In this document: positions 8,401-19,203 of the stretch, one piece after another | How the letters are laid out: each line of letters starts with the position of its first letter | Numbering within the stretch: position 1 is the stretch's first letter | Source: Tubiluchus corallicola | Lineage: Eukaryota; Animalia; Priapulida | Direction: 5' to 3' | Length of the DNA: 64,000 nucleotides | NCBI GenBank assembly: GCA_030141605.1 | Contig: JAQGDQ010000121.1 | Coordinates: forward strand, 186,001 to 250,000 | Translations under genes and position numbers: made by a program | The notes under the pieces: generated by a model | Told to the model about the DNA's origin: nothing | Seen by the model: only the letters and a program-made list of their open reading frames with translations | The model's database searches: none

Positions 8401-11400
8401 GAACAAACACTGTGCTTCTCATCGTCAGCACTTTTCGGACTCGATTTGCCCGACTTCCCACATTTGGGAGACCCACCGTTTGGATCTATTCCGATGTTTT
8501 TTTCTACTGTACAATCACCAATGTCACAGTCTGATGAACTAGATGGTAGACGGCGCTTGAGTCCCTGAAATATTCTTTGCGCCTCTGAACGAACATTGTA
8601 GGCATGATTTTCGCTAGATTTACGCCTATACATGATTATTAATGCTATAAGCGCGAACACAAGTAAAGCTGATAAAGCTGACATTGCAATTATTAATGTA
8701 AAATTTGCGGTAAAGAAATTCACTGATAGTTCTTCTTCGCGTTCTTCATTATTAATACGTTGAAGATACATTAATGTCTCATTGGCTGTCATGTTGTTTG
8801 GATGTATGATGACATTGAGTGCTGCCATTTCCACGTTCTGGGGTGTCCCCTTGTCGCGTACTGTAATAATCAGCTTATGTAGTCCCACCCACTCTGGTTT
8901 TAGAGGTTTACCAAGGACAATGTCGCCAGACTTTTTGTCAATATTAAAAATGCTGTAACCGTTACCATCCATTATATCGTATAAAAGTTTTCCATTATTC
9001 CCCTTGTCCTCATCGTAGGCAATAATGGTACAAACAAAGGCTCCAGCAGTGGAACTCACTGGCATTGAAACAACATTGTCACTGCCCGAAGGAAATGTTA
9101 TGACCGGCAGGTTGTCGTTGACATCTTCAATGATGACTGTCACATTGGCGGCATCGAATTTGTCTTCAGCGTTGGGATTAGTGGCAACAGCTACAAAGGT
9201 GTACATTCCCAACTGCTCACGGTCCAGTTTCCGGTTGGTGTAAATGCCACCAGTTTTGGGATCAATGCTGAACTCGGAGACGGCATGGTTGAGGGAGTAC
9301 ACAATCTGGGCGTTTTCATCGATGTCTGCATCTGTGGCACGAACGCTCCCAACGAAAGAAGAAACTGGCTCGTTCTCTTTCAGTATGAATCTGTAAGATT
9401 TCTTCTTGAAAATAGGTGAATTATCGTTTTCGTCTTTGAATGAGATGCGGACAACACTGGAGGAGGACAGTGGAGGCTGACCGCGGTCATTAGCTACAAC
9501 AGTAATATCAATAGCATCGGTAACTTCTCTATCAAACTGTTTTCTAGCTGTAAGCACGCCATTTTCTGGATTAATGTGAAAACCAGCATCATGTGGTGGT
9601 TGTACTGAATATACAATCTCCGCATTTTTGCCAATGTCTGCATCTGCTGCCTGCATCTGCATAATAAATTCACCGATTTGGTTATTTTCTGGTATTGAAG
9701 CCGTGTACATCGACTGATTAAATCTAGGTGGATTGTCATTTTCATCTGTCACTTCAACTTTAAGAACAGCTGTGGCACCCAAGGATGGAGTGCCTTTGTC
9801 TTCAACTCTAATCGTAACATTGTACTCTGGAATGTGCTCTCGGTTCAATGCTTTGGCAGTAACGACCATGTACTCATTAAGAAATAATGGCCGTAGAGTG
9901 AAGTACTCATTTGATGGAGGCAAAATTTCACCTGTTGCATGAGAATTCTCGCCTCGGTCTGCATCAGAAATTGACACTTTTGCGACAAAAGCCCCAACTT
10001 CTGCTTTCTCTGAGACAAGGGCATGTGTCTGTCCACCAGATAATAAATTCACGTTGATCTTTGGCTCATTATCATTAACGTCAATAACGTTAACGTTAAC
10101 CAGAGCCACGCTGGACATTGGGTCTTCTCCTTTATCTGTGGCCTGTACATAGACGTGGTACGTATCAGCCACCTCACAGTCAACTTCGCCAATTACAAAC
10201 AGTTCTCCCGTTTCGGGATTTATTCCAAACGTATCTTTTACGTCTTGGGTGTTTCTGGGAGACAAGGAATACTGCACAATGCCATTCATACCATCATCTG
10301 AGTCATCAGCATACACTCGCAGAATAGTTGTACCTGGAGAAATATTTTCTACAACACTAATATCGTAACTGGATTTTTGGAATTGAGGTGCGTTATCATT
10401 GGAGTCGGTTAATCCAACAATGACAGTCATTTCACCTTGTTTTTGAGGTCTTCCGTTATCCTTTGCCACTATGCGAAGCTGAAAAAATAAGATAATTAGT
10501 GTATATTTATAACAAATTTTGTACTAAGGTTATTTGGTAAGCTGATAGTGAAACGAATTACTTATCATTAAGTGCCTTGCTCGAGCTAAAGGTCTATTTT
10601 CAGTACGAAATGTATGAATGATTGAATAAATGAACGAAAGAGAGAATGAAAGGGGGAGACATGAATAAATGGAACGTAAGAATGCGAGTTAACCAATTAA
10701 TCATAATTAAGACAAAATAACTGGCGATTTAGTATTTAACGAACCTTCATAAGTTTACAGTTATTAGTAGTATTACCAAAATTAATGATTTTAATTTTTG
10801 AGATGCCAAAAGAACCTAACCTAAATTACAAAATCCACATCTTTCACGCTGTAGATGTTGACGCTTTTACATTTTACATACTTGCAATTATGTATGTAAG
10901 TATTATGCAAGCATTACATAAACTTGCGATTATGTATTATTATAGTATGTAATCATTAAATTATTTTTCTTCTCAACATAAACATAAAAATATCATTGCA
11001 AATAATTTATAAAAATGCAATTGTAAACAAAATGTACATAATTTATTGTACGCGAACATGTCCCTAAACCCTGAATAATTATTTAAAACTTTCTTGTTTT
11101 TGAAGCTGCAAAATCACGAAGGTCTTAAGATATTTTCTCCTTGAATTTGCCTTGAATTTTCTTGTAAAATATTTCCGTCCCTTAAATGGACTAATAAAGA
11201 AATATTAGTGGAGGAGAAAGTGCCTTTCCTGCTATTTTACTAAAGAAAATTTTCAAGTCTACCCGAACTTTTATTCATTTTTTCTTCAGCATAAATGAAT
11301 CTTAGAAGATTTTATGTTGAATTTATAACCCAATTTTATGTAAGTTTTAGATTACAGTAGTTGAATTAAACTCGGATCCGCATACGATGACGTTTATACA

Positions 11401-12959
11401 TGAATCACACAACTTTCTGAAGGCGTATCTAGGGTGGGCGTGGTCACGATTAATGATGTCATGCACCCTGGACAATATCAAATATCGATTAAAATGACGC
11501 ATCCAGTATTTACCGAATTATTTTTTCATAAAAATGTCTTTGATAAAAACCCTCAAGCATCAAGCGCTTATTATCCCCTCTCACCCTCTTTCCTAACACG
11601 GTCATATAAAACGAGACAAAAAGATCAGTAGCATGAGTAACAACATTTAATGGCGTTTATATGGCTCGTGTATGTAGGGAATTTTGTCTGCAGTCCGTGA
11701 GTTTTCAAGTTTGATGCTTTACAGTTCCATTATAATCAAATTGTTGTTGTAAACTCAATGAAATCCTTCGTATGAGTCAAATGCTATTTGTTCTGTAGAA
11801 CGTGAAGCACTCCTACAGTATGTGCCCTTCACAAATTGCTTTTAGAAATTTTTTTAATTCTGGATATTTGTCTGTTTTTTTATTTATAGGAATTAGAACT
11901 CTATTGTTATTGCAGATCAGCAAAAATTAATTAATTTTTGTCAACTTTTATAAGTGCTTAAGCAAAGGCGTTTTCTTATGTTAAGAAAACCTGTATCTAA
12001 GCGAAATATATTCGCAAATGAATAAATGCATGAAAAAATGGTATGAATGAACGAATGAAGGAAAGAAGGAGGAATGAACGAAGGAATAAGCCTTAAGTGA
12101 AACATTAATTTTTACTCTAACGCCGCTTCGAGAAGCCTAACCCATAAACCGCACAGTGCGGTGCTGCCACCTATCACGTAAGACAATTTTGATATAGGCA
12201 ACGCGAATAGCTACTTTTCGAGTGTTCAATATCATAATGTTTTTTACTTAATTAATTATAATATCTGAACAGTAAACAGATACTACAAAGACAGAATGCC
12301 CGAACTTGAACGTTGCCAAAAAGCAAAAATACAAGTAATGTAATTACCCTGTGAGGTGCTTGACCTGATTCCCGGTCCAAAGGTGAAAGAATTACAAGAT
12401 GAAGCTGAGTTCCAAATATATCCTCGCTCACTTTTAATCCAAACTGTTTACTAATCGAATGAATTTCATATGCTTGAACATCATTAACACCCACGTCCTT
12501 GTCGTGAGCTGTCTCAAGGTCAAAGGTGTCACCGACCGATGCACCCTCTGATATGGTCATGTGCATCTCACTTTTTGAGAACTCAGGAGCGTGGTCGTTC
12601 ACGTCCAAAATATCTACCTTAACTCGAACTATTTCAAAATACTGCATTGGCATGAGCACGATTTCAAAACTGTATACGCACAAAGGCTGTTTAGCACAGA
12701 GTTTTTCCCTATCTATCACATCTGCTGTGGTAATGTTTCCCGTACTGTCAATTTTGAAGATTTCCGCCGTATTGGGTTCGGCCAGAATGTTAAAACTGAC
12801 CCCACTGACACGGTCTGATATGTTTAGCACCCCCCTCACGTTGGTGACGAATGTCCCAGGCGGTTGGTCCTCGTAAACTGAAGCCACGATTTCAGCAGTC
12901 CAAGCCCGCACCAGACACAGCAGAAGCAGAAGGCAGGTAGACGTCCGCCTAGAGGGCAT
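4902..12959 (-). CDS. Protocadherin, non-clustered delta-type with 7 cadherin repeats; complement(join(12348..12959,8283..10478,7589..7735,7302..7473,4902..5428)), 1217 aa
   Basis: Signal peptide (MPSRRTSTCLLLLLCLVRAWTA), EC1 with DREKLC-X5-C, six DxNDx-x-P linkers giving 7 EC repeats, one TM helix (FTLIIAMSALSALLVFALIALIIMY), Ser-rich tail with a CM1-like SVDTGYADS. All junctions are GT-AG and in frame (612+2196+147+172+527=3654 nt). One-to-one orthology to a vertebrate PCDH cannot be assigned. Confidence 0.92.
6241..6257 (+). promoter_or_regulatory. Perfect nuclear-receptor DR5 element (RARE-like)
   Basis: AGGTCA-cgcaa-AGGTCA. Confidence 0.45.
6288..6304 (-). CDS. 17-nt protocadherin microexon (T AAG AAC AAT GGT GAT G)
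   Basis: Branch-like GCTAAC, pyrimidine tract, gcgtctag| acceptor, ATG|GTAAGT donor. In frame only when spliced from the 7292 donor. Confidence 0.65.
7302..7473 (-). CDS. Protocadherin cytoplasmic exon with CM1-like motif (EYKNGNGDSSMSVDTGYADS...SDPSE); alternative donor at 7292
   Basis: Acceptor gttttctag|; donors AAG|GTAATT (exon end 7302, phase 1) and AAG|GTAAAT (exon end 7292, phase 2). Confidence 0.8.
7589..7735 (-). CDS. Protocadherin cytoplasmic exon (SPHGQG...AAAIPP)
   Basis: Acceptor ttttgcgttacag|; donor CCA|GTAAGT; 147 nt, phase 0-0. Confidence 0.8.
8087..8225. repeat. Degenerate (AACC)/(AATC)n tetranucleotide repeat in protocadherin intron
   Basis: Direct reading. Confidence 0.85.
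8283..10478 (-). CDS. Protocadherin large exon (end of EC2, EC3-EC7, TM, proximal cytoplasmic region)
   Basis: Acceptor ttttttcag| at 10479; 732 codons; donor ACA|GTAAGT at 8283/8282. Confidence 0.95.
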
Positions 12960-12984
12960 CTTGACTAGCTTCCTTAATTTATAC
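12348..12984 (-). CDS. Protocadherin first coding exon (signal peptide, EC1, most of EC2); ATG at 12959
   Basis: Acceptor ttgattgcag| before 12984 implies an upstream non-coding exon; donor AGG|GTAATT at 12348/12347 (phase 0) joins ...GQAPHR to LRIVAKDNGRP. Confidence 0.9.
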
Positions 12985-15900
12985 CTGCAATCAAGTAATA
13001 AAATCTGTTAATATTTAATCTGTACAACCATAAATATCGACCCGCAGAAGTATGTGATTCTTTGAATATGTGCAAGGTTATATGAATGCACGCATATAAT
13101 GATAATACAGCTCCTCGATTTCGTTATCTTGGCAACTAATATGATAGCCATGCCTCAATAACTGCTGCATTATGATAGTTAAAGATGTAGATTGTAAGCG
13201 AATGCAATACTACGTGACACTGAACAAAACTTTTTGCAATACAAAAACTAGGCTGCCTATTGTAAACCAGCAAGTGACAACTGCTAGGTCAAAGGCTTAT
13301 ACGATTGTGTCATCTTGATTAAGTTTCAATAAGAGAGCTCAAATTATCATTTCCACGTGTCTATTCGAGGAGTTTTATGCAACAGTAGGTAAAGCTTAAT
13401 TTCTCAGTTAAAGAAAAAGCTCCAAAGTCCAAGCTTCTTTCCAACAATAAAATATTAACTTCGCACTAGTTAAACTTATGGTTTGAACGATTGAGAAACC
13501 ATTGTCGCTCAAATGAAGACTTGCATGTCACACGATGTCAACCGGATTCGAATGATCGACGCTAAATCCAGGATGATAAATTATTTACTGACATATTCGA
13601 CCGCGGTATAGGACTGCTGCAGAGCTCCGCAAGGCGCTGTAATTGCACCTCCATTCTGTCACTCATAAATCCTATCCCAGCGGCTTATACAGTACACCCC
13701 ATCAATTCCGGCATAAATACTATAGGATTATTGATAATCCTGGTAATATATACCCAAGAGGACGAGGGTTGACATTAAACAGGTTAGATATGAAATCCCT
13801 GCATGCCTACTGAACGAGTTATTGATTGAATAATAGTTTTATTCGTATAAAATGAAATAAACAAATTTATTTTCTATTCATTTAAAATGAAATAAATAAA
13901 TTTATTATGTGCAATTAAGTCAGTGAAGAGGTTGACAAGGCAGAAAAACAGATTAAACATTTACGAAATCCCGTAGACATGACAGTCTCAAATATTACTT
14001 TAATAGCTTTTCACTTCTCAGGTTTGGTGGAGTAGACGCGAAAAAATCTTTTTCTCCAGTAAAAATGATTGTTACCGAAAATTAGGATACGGGTATATCC
14101 GGGAAATCATCAGCGTTTTTAGCACACCTGATTAGAGTTAGACATCAATTAATAAGCCAGCATCCGACGAATTAGAGCAGAAAACACCTGTTAAAATCTT
14201 ATTCGTGAAATCCTATTGATTGTCGCGATTCGCGAGAAAACCTGTTTTTCCCTAAAAACGCAGCTGTCATTCTGTCATTTCTTAAGAAACACTTATTGCT
14301 TACTGAGCGATCATTAAATTAACTCGGGATGTTATATAACCAGCTAGAGAACGAGACATATGCGTCATATTATTATAATACACGTATAGGAATAATGTAA
14401 TAGCAAGTTCATTGTTATACGTCAAAATGTTCTAATTTTATCGTCTACAGCTGTTACACATAAATAACAAAAATCCAAGCGCACTATATTTAATATTAAA
14501 TTTGCAGACAACTAAATTATGTGGAAATTTTTTTAGCAGTTACAGTGCAGGCAAATAAGAACCAGTTTCTAAAGAATTTGCCCTCCTCAGATTGCCTGCC
14601 CTTTTCATTCATTCATTCATTCGCTCATTCGACAGTATTATACGTATTGCAATACTTATTTATTATTAACATGATTGAATTACTAGCTTAGTTTCTGCAA
14701 ACGTTTATTCATACTACTAGTTCAAAGTTTTACAAATCAACAAATTTTCCAGCAAGATTATTATTACATTATTTCACTATAAATTACAAATCTCAAATCA
14801 TGCCTAGTGTATAACGAGGTAATTTCAGCCAATTTGAGCAAACAAAATGAGATTGTAGCAGCAAGAAAATGATATTGGTTAAAAATGCATACTAATTGCC
14901 ATCAGTAAACACGTAGATTGATGCAACGTGAACTTTTACAAACACAAATGTGACTTGTATATTGCAATAACTTATAAAAATATTTTCACTATTTCTACGC
15001 CTGAAAATCACGCTTGTATTGTAGTAGCTAATCTGTTGCGCAAATTTTGAATGTACAATGCTGTAAAGTAAGTTAAGAGTGTTTCGACTTTAAAGACTAC
15101 AACGCAAAATGTCAACAGATTACAAACTTACATCATTGGGCTAAAAAATTAACTTTCATTTTCTTTATCTTCAAAGCAAAATTGTACATGTTTCGTTTTA
15201 ATTCTTTATATCTATCGTAGTTTGTCTCTTTCACGTCTTATACTAATTACGTAAGCGCAACAGAAAGGAATTTGGATTTATCTATTAAACCAGCAAAATA
15301 TTTTTAGCACATTATTAGAATTTTTTGTGAGGAGGAATGGAATGTATTTATGAACGTTCCTAAGCTGCGGTACAAAAGCATAAAAATCACTCATTTCTTG
15401 ACTTCTGAAATGTTTTTAACAGCGCGCGCTTTTTACACTCCGACACTCTGAATGTCTCCACGTTCCCAAATAAATTAAACAAAAGAAGAATCTTCATAAA
15501 TATGAGAGCGTGGTCGTCCATTTCAATCTTATAAATTAATCCAATTCCAAAACTGATGTACTAAACATACAACTTTAAGCCTGCTTCACAAGGCCGACAC
15601 AAAAAAGCAAACAAAATTGATCAAACCTACATTTTTAACTTTGCTATAGTCACAACGACATCACTACAAAATGTTTTTATTAGTCTTCTACGATGAAAAA
15701 GTCACAGTGATAGTTGAAAATGTTATTCCACAAGATTCATGGTAAAAAAACACTGTTCACAGCGCTACGAAATGAGAGCTTCACAGCTCGCGTGTTGCAC
15801 TGACGACTTCGATCCAAGAATTGCACCCTGCGCACGAACAGCTAACCCAGATCAATGCAACACACAATCATCAACCAATCAGAATCTGCACAGAAATCCT

Positions 15901-16680
15901 TTAACTCTTTTTCCATTGTACTGTGTCCGAAAATAGGCATCCCGATGGTCACAGACCTGCTGCCGGCCGGACGGGCATTGTCCGAATCACGAGCTACAAT
16001 AGCCGCCGGTGTTAACTCATTATCCACGGCAGATGTTGGCTGCCAAGATGGATCTGGAATACTCGTAAATAAGGCCACCCAACTTCTTAAGGAAAACCGG
16101 TGATTAAAAGTGAAACAAAAGAAACGGACAGCTGTCAGATCTGAACCGTCTTCGGACACGGGTGGCGGGTGATGTCATATTATATCACCTGCGCAGGGTT
16201 TTATGAGGCACGTGTCTTAAAATAGGGCGTACAACAATACGTGCAGGCTTTACTTTACTATTGCTAATTACGGGTAATGTGTTTATACACCACAGACAAA
16301 AACACATGGAAATTACATACGAAAAGCAGGTGCTAGGAGACTTGGTGGTTCCTGCCATAACGGCGAATCGTTATCTGGCAAAAAGCAGCTAATCAAAAAA
16401 ATTCACCTTGCTTTCGATTGTGCACTTAAGTCAAGAATTGTTGTTGCTTTGGATGTGTGAACGGCTGATGTTTGACAACAATAGAGAGACAAATCAACAT
16501 GTATTCTAGATTAAAGCATAGACTCTGCAATGAGGCTTTTGCTGCTTAGTGCTTCACTACATACTCCGAAGAGATAATTTTGAAATTCTGACAGAATTAA
16601 AATGCAAAGCTCAATGGCAATAAATATGAATAATTGTTAATAGCTAAGATCTTTTAAGATGTCTGCTATATTATGTTGAT

Positions 16681-16730
16681 TTCAGCTGATGAAATCCGTG
16701 AAGGATGAAATCTTTCGAAGGAAATACTAA
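16681..16730 (+). ncRNA. Degenerate type I hammerhead-like motif
   Basis: CTGATGA-A-ATCC-gtgaa-GGAT-GAAA followed by palindrome-containing tctTTCGAAgga; stems I and III imperfect. Confidence 0.3.
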
Positions 16731-19004
16731 AGAATTATTTGATACCTAAAGGGCATTTTGCCTTCTTTGATCGTTTATGACTATGGTGAGTCTCAGAAGA
16801 GCACTATCTTATTCGCAAGCCAATTGTTAATAACTGTTTATCTATTCAAGAACAGATTAATAAATAAACCAAAATTGGTCAATATCAGTTGTGTTTGGCT
16901 GTAGGACAATATATAGCTACAGGCAATGTGTGAAATCGGGTACTCTATAAAAGGCTTAGGCATTTTATGCAGTGCCCAAACAAACCAGGTAAACTGTCTA
17001 AAATAATTTCTTCTATTTATTTTAGGCAATGTGTGAGTATGGGAACAAGTCATTTTTCAACCTGCTTGATAAATTCGCTCGCTCACTGGTCTTTAGTGGT
17101 GTGTCGTTCCTAATCCTTGGTGGTGTTGATCACTCAAGAGAAAGATTTCTAGCGTGAAACATGCATTGACCTAGGCAGGATTAGAGACTTTTCGATGGTG
17201 CAGTTGAGGTTTTCGAATCTCAGTCTTGCCCTGTTGCCACTTTTCGTCTCCTTTTTTGCCTTCAAAATCCAGGGTTCCGTTATCGATGGTCCGATGCCAG
17301 TGGTAATGCCGCTAGGTTTGGTTTTCGATTTGAGTTTGTTTCCAGTTTATTTGAATGTGATCTTTTGCTAGTTGTGAGATTAGTGAAGAGAATCTGATGA
17401 GGAAGTCTGGTCTCCCGCATTAATGCGGCATGTCATGACCAATGAAATGATGGCGAAATGATGGACAAATAACAAAATTATCCGGCGTAATCAATCCCAA
17501 CCTCAATCGTCCCAACATTTTAATATTATTATTCAATGACACCTATGTAACTGGAGGATCCACAGCTATATCACTGGAGGAAAATGTTTGAAAAAATTGC
17601 GACAAACGTGTGAAAATTAACAACAATGCTATCTCGTGTAAGGCACGTTATAAGTTAGTAACTAGCAAGCTATAAATTAATTTTAAGGTTTGGAACGAGT
17701 TTAGATTCTCTCCAAATAAAAATTTGACTCACGTCAAGTATGCAGCGATACAAAACTGTGCCGCTAAGGAATTGACTGCATTAAGTTTATTGAGTTTGCT
17801 GCGGACATGTTGTTGTAAAACTAGTGACAAATCTATACGTGAAGCCTGGAATCATTTAGGGACGGCTGTATGGGAAAACCTGTCTGAAGTAAATAGCGGG
17901 TAATGGAGCGTAGCGCTGGGCTTCAGTGATTCATCTAACATAAAGCTATGAGCAACTAAAACAAATAGTTAAATACGCGATGTGGATAAAGACAAGGTTG
18001 AGGACGGCATTCTTATACAAGACAGCTATTTGTGTTACATTAGAGCACCACGGCAGGCAAAAATAAAACTGCAATCTAGCGTAAAGATTTGAAAAAATTA
18101 CCACCTAAATACGTGGTATAGAAGTTTGGCATGAGAAGAGTGAGAAAAGCACCTCGTAGAAAATACAGCTAACTGTGTTACAGTAAAACTCCAAGGAATG
18201 TAAAACAAACCTGTAAGTATGATCAAAATCTGTTTTCTCCAGAAACCCTTAAAACATCTTTCTCTGTCTGTAGATGCTCACTTAACAAGCCTGCCAACAA
18301 TACACTACACTTTCTACTAGCTATAATAGAAGGTCAGCTGAATAGGCCGTCCATTCCATACGTCTAATCAGTCTGTGTGAAAAATATCTGATCAATAGAC
18401 TTTTATTCGGATTAATGACAGTGGATTACAACCCCGCCTTTACGCAGACGATCCGGAATGAGTTGTCAGAGCTACAATGAGCCAAGAAATAAAGTGGCGA
18501 ATTCAACCATTTGATTAAATGCGCTTTACAGCAGCCTTAGGGATGACATCTTGGCAGACGTGACGTTGCTCGTGACGTCACAAATTTCCACATTGCATTG
18601 TGGCTTATAATTGGTTAATGCGGTTATAATTGGCTGATCCGTTGTATGAAGGTTTTTAGCTTATAAGTACTCCAGGGACGAGTAACAGTGTTACAAGTGC
18701 ATGAGCAAGATGTTACAACACCTGCTCTTTATTTTATACAAAGCCACTAATTAAAGTTAATAGAGGGGCCTTTGTTCAATTTATCACGATATGATTGCCT
18801 AATGCTTGTTATGATTTATGAATTTGAAACAGCTACCTTAGGATAGGAATTCGGAAAGTGAATGAGATTTTGTTTCTCTGTACTACGCTCACGCTCTCAC
18901 CTTTCCTTTTGTAATTAAATTGTTGTCTTTTTTGTTAATCTAAGTAACTTCAAATTTTTTAGCTAATTTAATATACACGCCATGTTTTGTTTAGCACCAC
19001 CTAG

Positions 19005-19203
19005 TCTCTCTTTATCTCCCACCTCTCTCTCTCTCTCTCTCCCCCCCCTCTCTCTCTCTCTCTCTCTGCATTGTCTAGCTATCTATTTATCTATCTACAT
19101 ATCTATTAATCCATCCATCCGTCCGTCCATCCGTCCGTCCGTCCGTCCATCCATCTATCCATCCATCCATCCGTCTTTCTATCTACCTATCTGTCTATCT
19201 ATT
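19005..19203. repeat. Compound (CT)n / (ATCT)n / (ATCC/GTCC)n microsatellite
   Basis: Direct reading. Confidence 0.9.

Noticed and set aside
8268-10469. 733-aa ORF as a stand-alone gene starting at GTG
   Set aside because: Preceded by a splice acceptor at 10479 and lacks a signal peptide; it is an internal exon.
12252-12347. Hydrophobic C-terminal extension of the 235-aa ORF, suggesting a separate short membrane cadherin
   Set aside because: It is read-through into a T-rich intron; splicing at 12348 to 10478 restores an intact EC2.
9025-12876. Plus-strand ORFs at 9025, 9733, 10118, 12526 and 12591
   Set aside because: Antisense shadows of the protocadherin coding sequence.
17394-17448. CTGATGA ... 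GAAA as a third hammerhead
   Set aside because: No properly closed stem II adjoining the core and no stems I or III.
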